Source of the DNA: Patescibacteria group bacterium
GTDB taxonomy: Bacteria > Patescibacteriota > Minisyncoccia > HO2-45-28
Direction of reading: 5' to 3'
DNA: 64,000 bases
NCBI GenBank assembly: GCA_038064075.1
Contig: JBBTTU010000004.1
Location: 647 to 64,646 of the forward strand
Shown: positions 44,522 through 54,188 of the stretch, piece by piece
Layout of the letters: every line of letters begins with the position of its first letter
Position numbering within the stretch: position 1 is the first letter of the stretch
Made by a program: the position numbers and the translations under genes
Notes under the pieces: model-generated
What the model was told of the DNA's origin: nothing
What the model saw: the letters and a program-made list of their open reading frames with translations, nothing else
The model's database searches: none

Positions 44522-46171
44522 ATGGAAATTTTACGAAATAAAAAGAATCTGCGGTTTGGATTTTTGGCATTTTTAATTATTTTGCCTTCTTTGATTTTTT
44601 TAGTTTCGCGATCCGCTCAGATTGAAAGTTGGGACAACTGGAATTGGGGTTCGGCCCAGACAATGCTTACTGTCCGCTACTGGGCAAGAGACGGCTTTTT
44701 AAAGCACAGGATGTTTTTTTTGCTTAACGGTTATCATCCTGAAATAGAAATTTTAGATAAACCGGAATTCCGTTTTCTGACAGGCAACACGCTGACGGGC
44801 GGCCTTGTCGGCAACAGGCTTTATTACAATCATTATCCGTCCAATTACGTCATTCCTTACGGTTTGCTTGGAAAATTGGGCGTTGAGAATAGATTTTGGT
44901 TCAGAATGTTATCAGTTGTTTTTTCTTTCGGCTCGGTTTTATTTTTAGCCGGTTTTATCTATATTCTGACTAATTACAATCGCTGGATTGCCTTGATTGC
45001 CGTTTTTTATTACATCACTTCATCCAGTTTCATCAGTTATGCCGATTCGCTGAATAACACTCCTTTGGATGATTTTTTTAAGCTCTTGATTTTATTTTTG
45101 AGCGCGTATTATTGGAAAATAGCCGACAGCGCGGCGTCAAAACGGCGGTTGAAATCGGCAATCTGGATTTTGTATTTTATTTTGGCCTCCGTTTCTCTTG
45201 ACTCAACTTTTTTCGTATTTTTCTGGCTCGGCGCTTTCAATTTCATGGAAACCAAAAAATTCAATTTTAAAGAATATTTTTACTGGGCAGCGGCCCCGCT
45301 GTCTGCTTTTATTATCCAATTTACGCAGAATACTTTTTATTTGGGTTTTAAAAACGCAATGCTTGATTTATGGGGCGATTTTTTATACCGTTTCAGCGAG
45401 GCGCCGGCGGCTTTAGATAATCTGCCTCCGATAATAAAAAGTATTTCCGCGGCGTTTTCAACAGCCGGATATTTTTCAGATATGCGCACCAGATTCGCAA
45501 TCCCGTTGATTTTATTGTTGGTTTATTTCCTTTTTAAGGAAAAAGACTCTAAACATCTTTTGCGCTACGGCGCGATTTTGGCGGTCAGCGGTTCAATCCA
45601 TCCTTTTATTTTTCCGGTGGCCGGCACGTTTGGATATCAAGGAAGACAAATGGCTCCGGCATTGCTTTTAATTTTCGGGCTTGCCGCCTGGAAATTATTG
45701 AAAAAAATAAAAGAAAAACAATTTAGTTTACATTTTTTCGCTTTATTGTTTTGTGCGATCGCGTTTTGGGCGGCGCATTTTTCGGCCAGTTTCAGTTACA
45801 CCAGGGAGTGGCCGAACAATGTTTTTCCCAAAGAGGATATTGTTTTTCTCCAAAATTTGAATAAAATATCCGATTCTTCAACCATGATTTTAAGAATTAA
45901 ACCCGATATTGCCAAAGTAGACCGCTCTCTTGAGGATTTTTACGCCGATCGTCTCATAATTTCTTTTAAAAATATTGATGTTTTGCTGGAATATATGGAT
46001 AGAATTTATTCCACCATACCCGGAAAAGTCAATTTTCTGTTGGTTTTGCCCGGTCAGGAATATCAGCCGGCTTTGGAGAAGTTGAAAAATATGGATGATT
46101 TCAGCGCTGCAGACGCGCCAGTCGTTCCTTTGATTGATGATTTTAAAATCATTAAAGTAATTCATAAATGA
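44522..46171 (+). CDS. Polytopic membrane protein, candidate novel GT-C-type glycosyltransferase. Paralog of the gene at 41877-43553.
   Basis: 'QIESWDNWNWGSAQTMLTVRYWARDGFLKHRMFFL...RLYYNHYPSNYVIPYGLLGKLGVENRFWFR' is collinear with the 41877 protein. Confidence 0.45.
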   Translation: MEILRNKKNLRFGFLAFLIILPSLIFLVSRSAQIESWDNWNWGSAQTMLTVRYWARDGFLKHRMFFLLNGYHPEIEILDKPEFRFLTGNTLTGGLVGNRLYYNHYPSNYVIPYGLLGKLGVENRFWFRMLSVVFSFGSVLFLAGFIYILTNYNRWIALIAVFYYITSSSFISYADSLNNTPLDDFFKLLILFLSAYYWKIADSAASKRRLKSAIWILYFILASVSLDSTFFVFFWLGAFNFMETKKFNFKEYFYWAAAPLSAFIIQFTQNTFYLGFKNAMLDLWGDFLYRFSEAPAALDNLPPIIKSISAAFSTAGYFSDMRTRFAIPLILLLVYFLFKEKDSKHLLRYGAILAVSGSIHPFIFPVAGTFGYQGRQMAPALLLIFGLAAWKLLKKIKEKQFSLHFFALLFCAIAFWAAHFSASFSYTREWPNNVFPKEDIVFLQNLNKISDSSTMILRIKPDIAKVDRSLEDFYADRLIISFKNIDVLLEYMDRIYSTIPGKVNFLLVLPGQEYQPALEKLKNMDDFSAADAPVVPLIDDFKIIKVIHK

Positions 46172-47544
46172 AATTGGAAACGAAACATAAAATAGCCATT
46201 ATTTTTATTGCGGCTGTCGCCGTGAGGATATTATTTGGTTTTGGTCTTTTTTTCAATCACAATTCGCTTGTTTCTTATACCGGAGACGCCGCCGATTATC
46301 TTAACACCGCCGGCAATTTTCTTTATAAAGGCATTTGGTCGGCTTCGCCCGTTGATCCCGAACCGGACAATTTCAGAACGCCGATCTATCCGCTTTTTCT
46401 TCTGTTTTTTTACAGATTTAACATTTCTTTTAACTACGCCGGATTTGTTCAGGATTTGATAATGGCGATTACGGCTGTTTTGATTTATGTTTTGGGCCGG
46501 AAGATATTTTCTGAAAAAGCGGTTTTTCCCGCCGCGGTCTTTTTTGCCTTAAATCCCTATCTTGCCTCCTCTTTTATTTCCAAGGCGATAATGACGGAGG
46601 CTTTTGTCATTTTTTTTCTGGTTATTTCGCTTTTTAATTTGGGAATTTACATTGCTTATAAAAAAAGCGGCAATCTTTATTATGGTTCGGTTTTTCTGGC
46701 GCTTGCCGCTTTAACCAAACCGCAGTTCTTTTTTTTCGGCGTTTTTTTGTTTTTAGCGGTGTTTTTTGCCGGGGAACAGAAGATTATAAAAAGGTTTATT
46801 TATGCCGGACTGATCTTTTTAACGATGCTTTCGCCCTGGCTTTATTATAATTTTTTTGTTTTGAAAGTTTTTCAATTTTCATCTAATCCGCTGGCGGCTC
46901 TTTATCAGGATACCGGATTTTTTCAGGAGTTTTTAAAAGGCGGACACGGCCCGGCTTATAATGATTATACTTGGGATCGCGCCAAAGAGCGGTTGGGAGT
47001 TGATCATGACGCCCAGCTTTTTGAACCGCACCGCGCTCGAAAATTGGCAAAATCAGGAATTGAATTTATAAGAAAAAATCTTTTTTGGTTTGTTGTTTAT
47101 GATATTGTCAGCATACCGAGACTTTTTTGGCACGATACTACCGTAGACGCGATAATTCATGATTTTGGCATTGACAGCGCCGTTCTCGGGCCCGGCGGAA
47201 TGGACATTAATGCAGTGAAAAACATTTTCAGAGGAGAATTTTACGCGGCTGCCGGCGAGTTGCGAACGCATCCCATCTGGTATTTTTCTCTTTTTTTGAA
47301 ATTAACGACTTTATTGGCGAGCGGATTGGCTCTTCTTAATTTTTTCCTGCAATGGAAATTTAACGAGACTTTTCCAAAAAATTCACTTTTTCTGCTGTTA
47401 TTTATTCTTTTATACGCGGCGATTGTTTCGCCTTTGGGCCAGCAAAGGTATCGGGCGCCGATTTCTCCTTTTATGGCGATTCTTGCTTTTGACAGCATCA
47501 GATTGATTTATTTAAGAAGATTAAGCCATAAAATATCCATATGA
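46168..47544 (+). CDS. Polytopic GT-C glycosyltransferase, PMT_2/GT39-like.
   Basis: 'DAADYLNTAGNFLYKGIW' and 'FRTPIYPLFLLFFY' motifs shared with the 18356, 22192 and 24230 proteins. Confidence 0.6.
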   Translation: MKLETKHKIAIIFIAAVAVRILFGFGLFFNHNSLVSYTGDAADYLNTAGNFLYKGIWSASPVDPEPDNFRTPIYPLFLLFFYRFNISFNYAGFVQDLIMAITAVLIYVLGRKIFSEKAVFPAAVFFALNPYLASSFISKAIMTEAFVIFFLVISLFNLGIYIAYKKSGNLYYGSVFLALAALTKPQFFFFGVFLFLAVFFAGEQKIIKRFIYAGLIFLTMLSPWLYYNFFVLKVFQFSSNPLAALYQDTGFFQEFLKGGHGPAYNDYTWDRAKERLGVDHDAQLFEPHRARKLAKSGIEFIRKNLFWFVVYDIVSIPRLFWHDTTVDAIIHDFGIDSAVLGPGGMDINAVKNIFRGEFYAAAGELRTHPIWYFSLFLKLTTLLASGLALLNFFLQWKFNETFPKNSLFLLLFILLYAAIVSPLGQQRYRAPISPFMAILAFDSIRLIYLRRLSHKISI

Positions 47545-48245
47545 TTCTTTCCATTATTATCCCGTGTTTCAATGAAGAAAAAACCGTTTCAGACATGCTG
47601 AAGATGGTTGAGGCTTCCCCGTTAGATTATTTGGGCGTAAAAAAAGAGCTTATATTTGTTGATGACGGTTCAAATGACCGCACCTGGGATATTCTCACGG
47701 GCCTTCAAAATAAATATCAAATGAAATTGATCCGATCCGGAAAAAATATGGGAAAAGGTTTTGCAATCCGTTCAGGTTTGGCCGTCGCCACCGGCGACAT
47801 TGTCATTATTCAAGACGCGGATTTGGAATATTCGCCTTCCGATTACCCGCTTATTCTCAAGCCTTTTCTTGAAAATAAGGCAGACGTTGTTTATGGTTCC
47901 CGTTTTCTCAAAAGCAAATATCCGGCTCAAATGAAATTGGCATACTATTTAGCCAACCGATTGCTCTCCTTTTTAGCCAACGTTTTATACGGCATACACA
48001 TTACCGATGAAGCCACCTGTTACAAAGCTTTTAAAAGGGAAATTTTGGAAAAAATGAATCTTGAATGCCGGGGATTTGAATTTTGTCCCGAAGTGACCGC
48101 AAAACTTTCTTTGAAAAAAATCAAAATTGTTGAAGTGCCCATTGAATATCGCGCCAGAAGAGTTGAAGAAGGAAAAAAAATATCCTTAAAAGACGGATTT
48201 AAAGCAATCCAAACGCTTTTTAAATATCGGTTTAAGAGGCATTAA
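47541..48245 (+). CDS. Glycosyltransferase family 2, polyprenyl-phosphate sugar synthase-like (Dpm1-like).
   Basis: 'LSIIIPCFNEEKTV', 'IFVDDGSND', 'IIQDADLEYSP', 'VVYGSRF'. Paralog of the gene at 23512. Confidence 0.7.
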   Translation: MILSIIIPCFNEEKTVSDMLKMVEASPLDYLGVKKELIFVDDGSNDRTWDILTGLQNKYQMKLIRSGKNMGKGFAIRSGLAVATGDIVIIQDADLEYSPSDYPLILKPFLENKADVVYGSRFLKSKYPAQMKLAYYLANRLLSFLANVLYGIHITDEATCYKAFKREILEKMNLECRGFEFCPEVTAKLSLKKIKIVEVPIEYRARRVEEGKKISLKDGFKAIQTLFKYRFKRH

Positions 48246-48271
48246 AATATATTTTGTTTATATTTGCGCAT

Positions 48272-48679
48272 ATGATCACTCCGGAAAAAGAAGCGGAAAT
48301 AATAGCTCGGTATTTGATCGGCGCAAAGTTAAGCCGCGCCAATCAAAATCTTTTTGATCAAGCGATTAAAACTCATAATATAAAAATGAATCAGAAGGAT
48401 CAGCGAATCTGGAATTTGGTTTTAAATCATCCGGCATTATTGCCGTATATTGACGCCGGATTTGCTCTTATCCAGCCGACAAACTCAATTAGGAAAAAAA
48501 TTTATATTATGTTCGCTGTTCTTGAAACTGAACCGTCTTATTCGGAATTTTTCTTATATAATAAAAAGAGAATTCCATGGGTTATAAATGCCGGCTGGCT
48601 GGGTTTAAGGGCTTTATTTCGGGCGATTGTCGGATTTTTTATCTTAAAATCATTGATTTTATATGAAAAGATATCATGA
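48272..48679 (+). CDS. Hypothetical small protein.
   Basis: ORF only. I recognise no motifs. The ATG at 48272 is preferred. Confidence 0.3.
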   Translation: MITPEKEAEIIARYLIGAKLSRANQNLFDQAIKTHNIKMNQKDQRIWNLVLNHPALLPYIDAGFALIQPTNSIRKKIYIMFAVLETEPSYSEFFLYNKKRIPWVINAGWLGLRALFRAIVGFFILKSLILYEKIS

Positions 48680-50294
48680 TTTTATAGTTGTCGGCTCCGG
48701 CCCGAGCGGAGCAATGGCGGCTCAAAGTTTGGTAGAAGCCGGCGCGGATGTCGGCATGGTGGATGTCGGATTTTACGACGATTATTATCAAGACAAGATA
48801 CCAAAAAATAATTTTGCGTCTATCCGCAAATCGGACGCCGATCAGCATGTTTATTTTTTGGGAAAGAATTTTGAAGGAATATCTTTTGGCAAAACAAAAG
48901 CCGGCGCTCAGCTTACTCCGCCGCGGCAATTTACAACCGAAGGAACCGGTAAATGGCTTCCGGTCGCATCGGATAATTTTCAGCCGGTGGAATCGCTGGC
49001 TTACGGAGGGCTTGGCGGCGCCTGGGGATTGGCTTGTTTTGTTTATTCCGAACCTGAAATACAGGCTGTCGGCCTTCAAAAAGAGGCTCTTTTGGATTCT
49101 TATCGCGTTATTGCCGGCAGGATCGGCATATCCGGCATTCACGACGATGGGTCGCCGTATTGTCTTGGGAAGCTGCAAAATATTCAGCCGCCGACGCGTT
49201 TGGAATCAGGTTTGAACGGAATTTATTCTTCTTACCAAAAAAACAGTTCATTGCTGAAGAGTAAAGGATTTTTTTTGGGAAGAACGCCGCTGGCCATGTT
49301 AACCTCCGATTTGGGCAGGCGCAAAAGCACGGAGTACCGAGACATGGATTTTTGGGACAATTACGGAGATTCCGCCTACCGCCCGGCAATAACTTTAAAC
49401 GATTTAAAAAAAAGACCCAATTTTTTCTATTACGGAAACTGTTTGGTGACGCGGTTTTCGGAACAAAGCGCCGAAATTGAAATTACGGCGCGCAAAACAA
49501 ATGGTTCAAAATATGAAGATGAAAAATTTTATTGCAAGAAGCTGATCCTGGCCGCCGGAACATTGGGCACGGCCCGCATTGTTATGCGGTCTTTCAACTA
49601 TAATCAAAACCGGCTGCCGATTCTTTGCGGAATCTATTGTTATCTTCCTTGTTTTCAGCCGAGAATGATCGGGAAAGAGGCTGACGCCAGAAAAATAAGT
49701 TATAGCCAGTTGTCGCTTTTTTACGACAAACATAAAAATGGATTTGATATTTCCACTCTCATGTTTTACACCTATTCTTCGCTGATGCTGTTTCGTCTGG
49801 CCAATGAACTGCCTTTTAATTTTGCCGACGCGCTCCGTCTTTTAAGGCTGGGCTATCCGTGTTTGGCAATAGCCGGTCTCCATCATCCCGACAAAGGCTC
49901 GCCGGATAAATACATTAAACTGGTAAAAGATGAATCCAGCCCGACCGGGGACAAGCTGGTCATCAATTATAAATTATCGGACAGAGAGATAAGAGAAAAT
50001 ATAAGCCGCGAAAAAATGATTAAAAAAGCTCTTCGCCGGCTGGGATGTTATCCGATAAAACGGCTGGATCCGGGATACGGCTCAAGCATTCACTACGGCG
50101 GAACGCTGCCGTTCAATGATTCCGGAAAGCCGTTTACCCTTTCAGTCAGCGGCAGGCTTAACGGCACGGAAAATGTTTATGTCGCGGATGGTTCGGGTTT
50201 GCGATATATGCCGGCAAAGGGTCCGACTTTCACTTTAATGGCCAACGCTCATATTACGGCCTGCAATGCCTTGAAATCTTTCCGGCATGGATAA
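48663..50294 (+). CDS. GMC-family FAD-dependent oxidoreductase.
   Basis: N-terminal 'YHDFIVVGSGPSGAMAAQSLVEAG' FAD-binding GxGxxG. C-terminal 'YVADGSGLRYMPAKGPTFTLMANAHITA' is GMC_oxred_C-like. Confidence 0.65.
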   Translation: MKRYHDFIVVGSGPSGAMAAQSLVEAGADVGMVDVGFYDDYYQDKIPKNNFASIRKSDADQHVYFLGKNFEGISFGKTKAGAQLTPPRQFTTEGTGKWLPVASDNFQPVESLAYGGLGGAWGLACFVYSEPEIQAVGLQKEALLDSYRVIAGRIGISGIHDDGSPYCLGKLQNIQPPTRLESGLNGIYSSYQKNSSLLKSKGFFLGRTPLAMLTSDLGRRKSTEYRDMDFWDNYGDSAYRPAITLNDLKKRPNFFYYGNCLVTRFSEQSAEIEITARKTNGSKYEDEKFYCKKLILAAGTLGTARIVMRSFNYNQNRLPILCGIYCYLPCFQPRMIGKEADARKISYSQLSLFYDKHKNGFDISTLMFYTYSSLMLFRLANELPFNFADALRLLRLGYPCLAIAGLHHPDKGSPDKYIKLVKDESSPTGDKLVINYKLSDREIRENISREKMIKKALRRLGCYPIKRLDPGYGSSIHYGGTLPFNDSGKPFTLSVSGRLNGTENVYVADGSGLRYMPAKGPTFTLMANAHITACNALKSFRHG

Positions 50295-51129
50295 AAATCA
50301 AACCATTATAATAACCGGCAGTTCCGGTTTTATCGGTTCCCGCTTGGTCGGCCATTTTTTAAAATTAGGCTTTAACGTCCGCACTTTTCAAAGAGCAAAG
50401 TGCGATTACAACAATCCGATGGCGTCTTGTTTCCATTTTGAGTTGAGCGAAGTAAAAGATATGGGGTTTCAGGGAGCCGATTACTTGGTGCACTCCGCTT
50501 ATCAGCCGGTTATCGGAAGAAACCGCGCCGCCGATGTTAATCTGGAAGGCGCCAAAAAAATTATATCTTTATGCCGGAAATACGGCGTGAAAATGGTTTT
50601 TCTTTCAACCTTGTCCGCTCATTCGGAAGCGGAATCCAATTACGGGCGGCAAAAGTTATTAATGGAAAGTTTATTTGATCCGCGTCAAGATTTAATATTG
50701 AAACCGGGGCTGGTATTGGGCGAAGGAGGGGGGCTTTTCGGAAGAATAGCTTCCGTATTAAAAACTAAAAAAATTATTCCCCTTGTCGGGGGAGGTAAAC
50801 AGCGCGTTCAGACCATAGAGCTTGATGATTTATGCCGGATAATAGAATTGGGAATTAAAAAAAATATTTGCGGCAGTTTTATGGTTGCGACTCCGGACGC
50901 GATTACCCTGAAAGAACTTTATCTTAATATAGCGAAAAAAGCAGGATCAAAACCATTGTTTATTCCGGTTCCGACCATCCTTGCTTATTTTATTTTGAGA
51001 TTTGCCGAGATATCGGGAATACGGCTTCCAATAACATCCGAAAACGTTCTTGGCCTCAAACATTTAAAAGTTTTCAATACCGCGCCTGATTTGAGGCGAT
51101 TCGGGGCGGTTTTAAAAAATTACAAATGA
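50287..51129 (+). CDS. NAD-dependent epimerase/dehydratase family (SDR) protein.
   Basis: 'IIITGSSGFIGSRLVGHFLKLGFNVRTF' Rossmann motif. 280 aa. Confidence 0.55.
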   Translation: MDKNQTIIITGSSGFIGSRLVGHFLKLGFNVRTFQRAKCDYNNPMASCFHFELSEVKDMGFQGADYLVHSAYQPVIGRNRAADVNLEGAKKIISLCRKYGVKMVFLSTLSAHSEAESNYGRQKLLMESLFDPRQDLILKPGLVLGEGGGLFGRIASVLKTKKIIPLVGGGKQRVQTIELDDLCRIIELGIKKNICGSFMVATPDAITLKELYLNIAKKAGSKPLFIPVPTILAYFILRFAEISGIRLPITSENVLGLKHLKVFNTAPDLRRFGAVLKNYK

Positions 51130-52907
51130 TTTTAGAGTTTATCAGAGAGCATAAATTGGCATTTTGCGCGGCTTTTGCGGTCGGCCTGATTTATATTTTG
51201 CCTCACGTCTTTTTTATCGCCGCCGATCGTTATCAGGGAATTCCCATGATGCAAACCGCCAATGAAGATGAATATCTTTTAAGAATACGGGAAATTATGG
51301 ACGGCCATTGGACTTTAGGTTCGCCGGTATTTTATGAATATAAGGATCAGTTGCCGTTATCTCCCCCGGTCGGCGAGTTTTTTTACGCAATGCCGGCAAT
51401 GCTTTTCCGGATCTCGCCGGTCAATGTTTTAATTGCCAGCCGTTTTTATTTTCCGTTCATGCTGTTTTTCTTGGTTTATTTTTTGATTTGGAAATTGACC
51501 GGCCAATCTCCGGCCGCGGCCGGAAAAATAAACGCCGCGGCCGGGGCGCTGTTTGTAACGCTCGGGTATGATTTGGTTGATTTTAGAAGCATTTTTGGAT
51601 TTATTGCCGGAAAAAGCGTTTTGGGCCGGGACTTTTTGATATGGTCGCGTCCGGTTAATCCGATTTTGGGCGCTATTTTTTTGTTTTCTTTTTTGATTTT
51701 GATTTGGGCGATTGTTAAAAATACAAATTGGCCGAAACTGTCAATCATTTTTGCCGGTCTTTTTTTGGCTTTGATGATGGGCAGCTATTTTTTCAGCTGG
51801 GGGACGGCTTTATCCGTCGCCGGAGTTTTAGTTTTAATTTATTTGTTTAAAAAAGAATACCGGATTGCAAAAAATTTGATTTTTATTGTTTTTCTCGGTT
51901 TTTTATTCGCCTTGCCTTATTGGTACGGCGCATTGAAAGCAGCCGCGAGTCCCTGGCATCAAGAATCGGTTTTACGAAGCGGTTTGTTTTTAACTCATTA
52001 TCCTTTGTTTAATAAATTGCTTCTTGCCGTTCTTGGATTTTATGCCGCGCTGTTTTTCCGGTTTAAGGATGAATTTCGGGAAAAAATGAGTTTGCGGTTC
52101 GCTGATTGGCACTGGTTTTCTCTGGCATTTATTTTCGGCGGCCTTTTGGTTTACAGCCAGCAGATTGTAACCGGCCGCGCCGTCTGGCCATATCATTTCG
52201 TTCAATACACCATACCCTTGGCAATGGCGGTATTTATGGTTTTGACTTATAGAATTTTTTACGAAAAAAACAGATATGTTTGGTTGGCCGCAATATTGGC
52301 TGTTGCAATTTCTTCTTTAACTTTTGGTCTATACGTCCAGTTTACCGCTTACGCCGAAAATTATGGCCGTTACGCCGAATTGCAAAATTACGCTTCGCCT
52401 TTTGACTGGCTGAACCGGCAGGAAAAAGATTGCGTCGCGCTCGCGCTTGATGAAAATGACGATTTCGCCAATTTTGACCACGCCGTACCGGCATTTACGC
52501 GCTGCAATCTTTACAATTCAACATGGGTATTTTCGCTTATGCCCGAAGAACGAATTTTCCATAATTATTTCACGCGTTTGTTTTTAAATGGCGTCAACGC
52601 CGAAAATATTGAAAATTATCTTGCCGGACATCGGCAAGAAGCGCGCGGACGCCTGTTTACCAACTGGAAAGGGCTTTTCGGGGTTAAAGATTTTCCGGAT
52701 TTCAGCGATCAAGAACTGGAAACAAGGTTTGAAGAGCTGGCGCGCGATTACCGCGATTTTCTTAAAAGAGATTTTGTTTGGCAGCTGCAAAAATACAAAC
52801 TTGATTATATTTTTGTTCACGGCGGCATTTCGGATCAGGCGGCCGGCTTAATCAAAGATTTGAAGCCGGTTTATAACGACGGAGAGTTTGAAATTTATAA
52901 ATTTTGA
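51126..52907 (+). CDS. Polytopic membrane protein (about 11 TM helices plus a ~190-aa soluble C-terminus), possibly another GT-C-type enzyme.
   Basis: Hydrophobicity pattern only. An acidic 'ANEDEYLLRIREIMDGHW' follows TM1. No family recognised. Confidence 0.35.
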   Translation: MILEFIREHKLAFCAAFAVGLIYILPHVFFIAADRYQGIPMMQTANEDEYLLRIREIMDGHWTLGSPVFYEYKDQLPLSPPVGEFFYAMPAMLFRISPVNVLIASRFYFPFMLFFLVYFLIWKLTGQSPAAAGKINAAAGALFVTLGYDLVDFRSIFGFIAGKSVLGRDFLIWSRPVNPILGAIFLFSFLILIWAIVKNTNWPKLSIIFAGLFLALMMGSYFFSWGTALSVAGVLVLIYLFKKEYRIAKNLIFIVFLGFLFALPYWYGALKAAASPWHQESVLRSGLFLTHYPLFNKLLLAVLGFYAALFFRFKDEFREKMSLRFADWHWFSLAFIFGGLLVYSQQIVTGRAVWPYHFVQYTIPLAMAVFMVLTYRIFYEKNRYVWLAAILAVAISSLTFGLYVQFTAYAENYGRYAELQNYASPFDWLNRQEKDCVALALDENDDFANFDHAVPAFTRCNLYNSTWVFSLMPEERIFHNYFTRLFLNGVNAENIENYLAGHRQEARGRLFTNWKGLFGVKDFPDFSDQELETRFEELARDYRDFLKRDFVWQLQKYKLDYIFVHGGISDQAAGLIKDLKPVYNDGEFEIYKF

Positions 52908-52919
52908 GCTTCCGGAATT

Positions 52920-54164
52920 TTAAACAATCCGCGGTTTTGGCAGCGGCATAATAAATTTGCCTTTATAGCCGTTCCGGCGAATTATTTTTACAAGTTCGGG
53001 GCCTATGTGCCACGAAAGGATAAGGGCGTAGTCGGGCTGTTTTTGGAATAATTCTTTTTCGTCTACGACCGGAATGTGGGTTCCGGGAGTAAATAGTCCT
53101 ATTTTAGGCGAGCCGCTTTTTTCGCAAGTGTAATCCAAAAGATGGGTGTTTATTTTAGAAAATCCAAGAAGCGTATTGGATCTGGCCGGGCTTCCGATGC
53201 CGGCAATGACTGCGCCGTCTTTTTTAAGTTTTAAAAGGAGCAAGACAAGGTCGTTTTTCGCGCTTACTGCTTTTTTGGCGAATTTGTTTAAGGATTCGGA
53301 GTCATAAATTCCGGCTTTTTTTTCGGCCAAGATCAGTTTTTTTGTCCGCAAGCTTGCCGGATGCCGTCCCGGACGGGCGTATGCCCGGATGGAACCGCCG
53401 GCGGCAGATATCCTTTCGGCATCTATTAAGCTCATTCCGGACAAAGAAAATAGTTTTGCCAGCGGTTTTAATGAATAAAAACGCAGATGTTCGTGGTAAA
53501 TCGTGTCAAATTCCAGTTTTTCAATAATATCCGTCAGATACTGCGATTCGGAAACAAATATGCCGTCCGGCCTTAGAATTTTTTTTATATTTTTGGCCAG
53601 TTCCAGCGGGTTTGGTATGTGGGCGAAAACATTGGTCGCGGTTGCGATTTTTGCCCGGCCGCGCTTATTTAATATTTTCTTCGCGGTTTTTCCGGTGAAA
53701 AATTCCTGCAGTGTTTCAATTCCGTTTTTATTTGCGGTTCGCGCCGCGCTGGTCGGCTCCACCCCCAAAACCCTCATCCCTTTTTCTTTAAAAACATTAA
53801 GGAGAGTGCCGTCGTTTGATCCTATGTCAACTATTAAATCGCCTTTTTTAAGGCGATATTTTTTTTCTATAGCCGAAGCAAGCTCCCGGAAGTTCCGAAT
53901 CAGCATGTTGGTAAGACCGGTGCGATAAGGGTAATTTTTAGGAAAGACAATTTCGGGGCTGACAATGTAATCAATTTGCAAAAGGCCGCATTGCGGACAG
54001 CGGCAGAGGTTGAGCGGATAAGTAATTTCCGGTTCGCAGAACTGTTTCGCGGTAAGATAGGCCTGCGTTATGGGCTGATGGCCGAGCGGCAGGACGCTTT
54101 GCAGCGTTTTGTGCCCGCACAGCTGGCATTTTTTGACCGCTCCGGTTTGTTTCTGCAATTTCAT
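52920..54164 (-). CDS. SAM-dependent sugar C-methyltransferase with an N-terminal zinc ribbon. Paralog of the gene at 20924-22135.
   Basis: 'CQLCGHKTL...CRCPQCGLLQIDY', 'VDIGSNDGTLL', 'IAGIGSPARSNTLL'. Collinear with the 20924 protein. Confidence 0.65.
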   Translation of the reverse strand: MKLQKQTGAVKKCQLCGHKTLQSVLPLGHQPITQAYLTAKQFCEPEITYPLNLCRCPQCGLLQIDYIVSPEIVFPKNYPYRTGLTNMLIRNFRELASAIEKKYRLKKGDLIVDIGSNDGTLLNVFKEKGMRVLGVEPTSAARTANKNGIETLQEFFTGKTAKKILNKRGRAKIATATNVFAHIPNPLELAKNIKKILRPDGIFVSESQYLTDIIEKLEFDTIYHEHLRFYSLKPLAKLFSLSGMSLIDAERISAAGGSIRAYARPGRHPASLRTKKLILAEKKAGIYDSESLNKFAKKAVSAKNDLVLLLLKLKKDGAVIAGIGSPARSNTLLGFSKINTHLLDYTCEKSGSPKIGLFTPGTHIPVVDEKELFQKQPDYALILSWHIGPELVKIIRRNGYKGKFIMPLPKPRIV

Positions 54165-54188
54165 ATAGTGTTAATTTTCTAACGGGAT

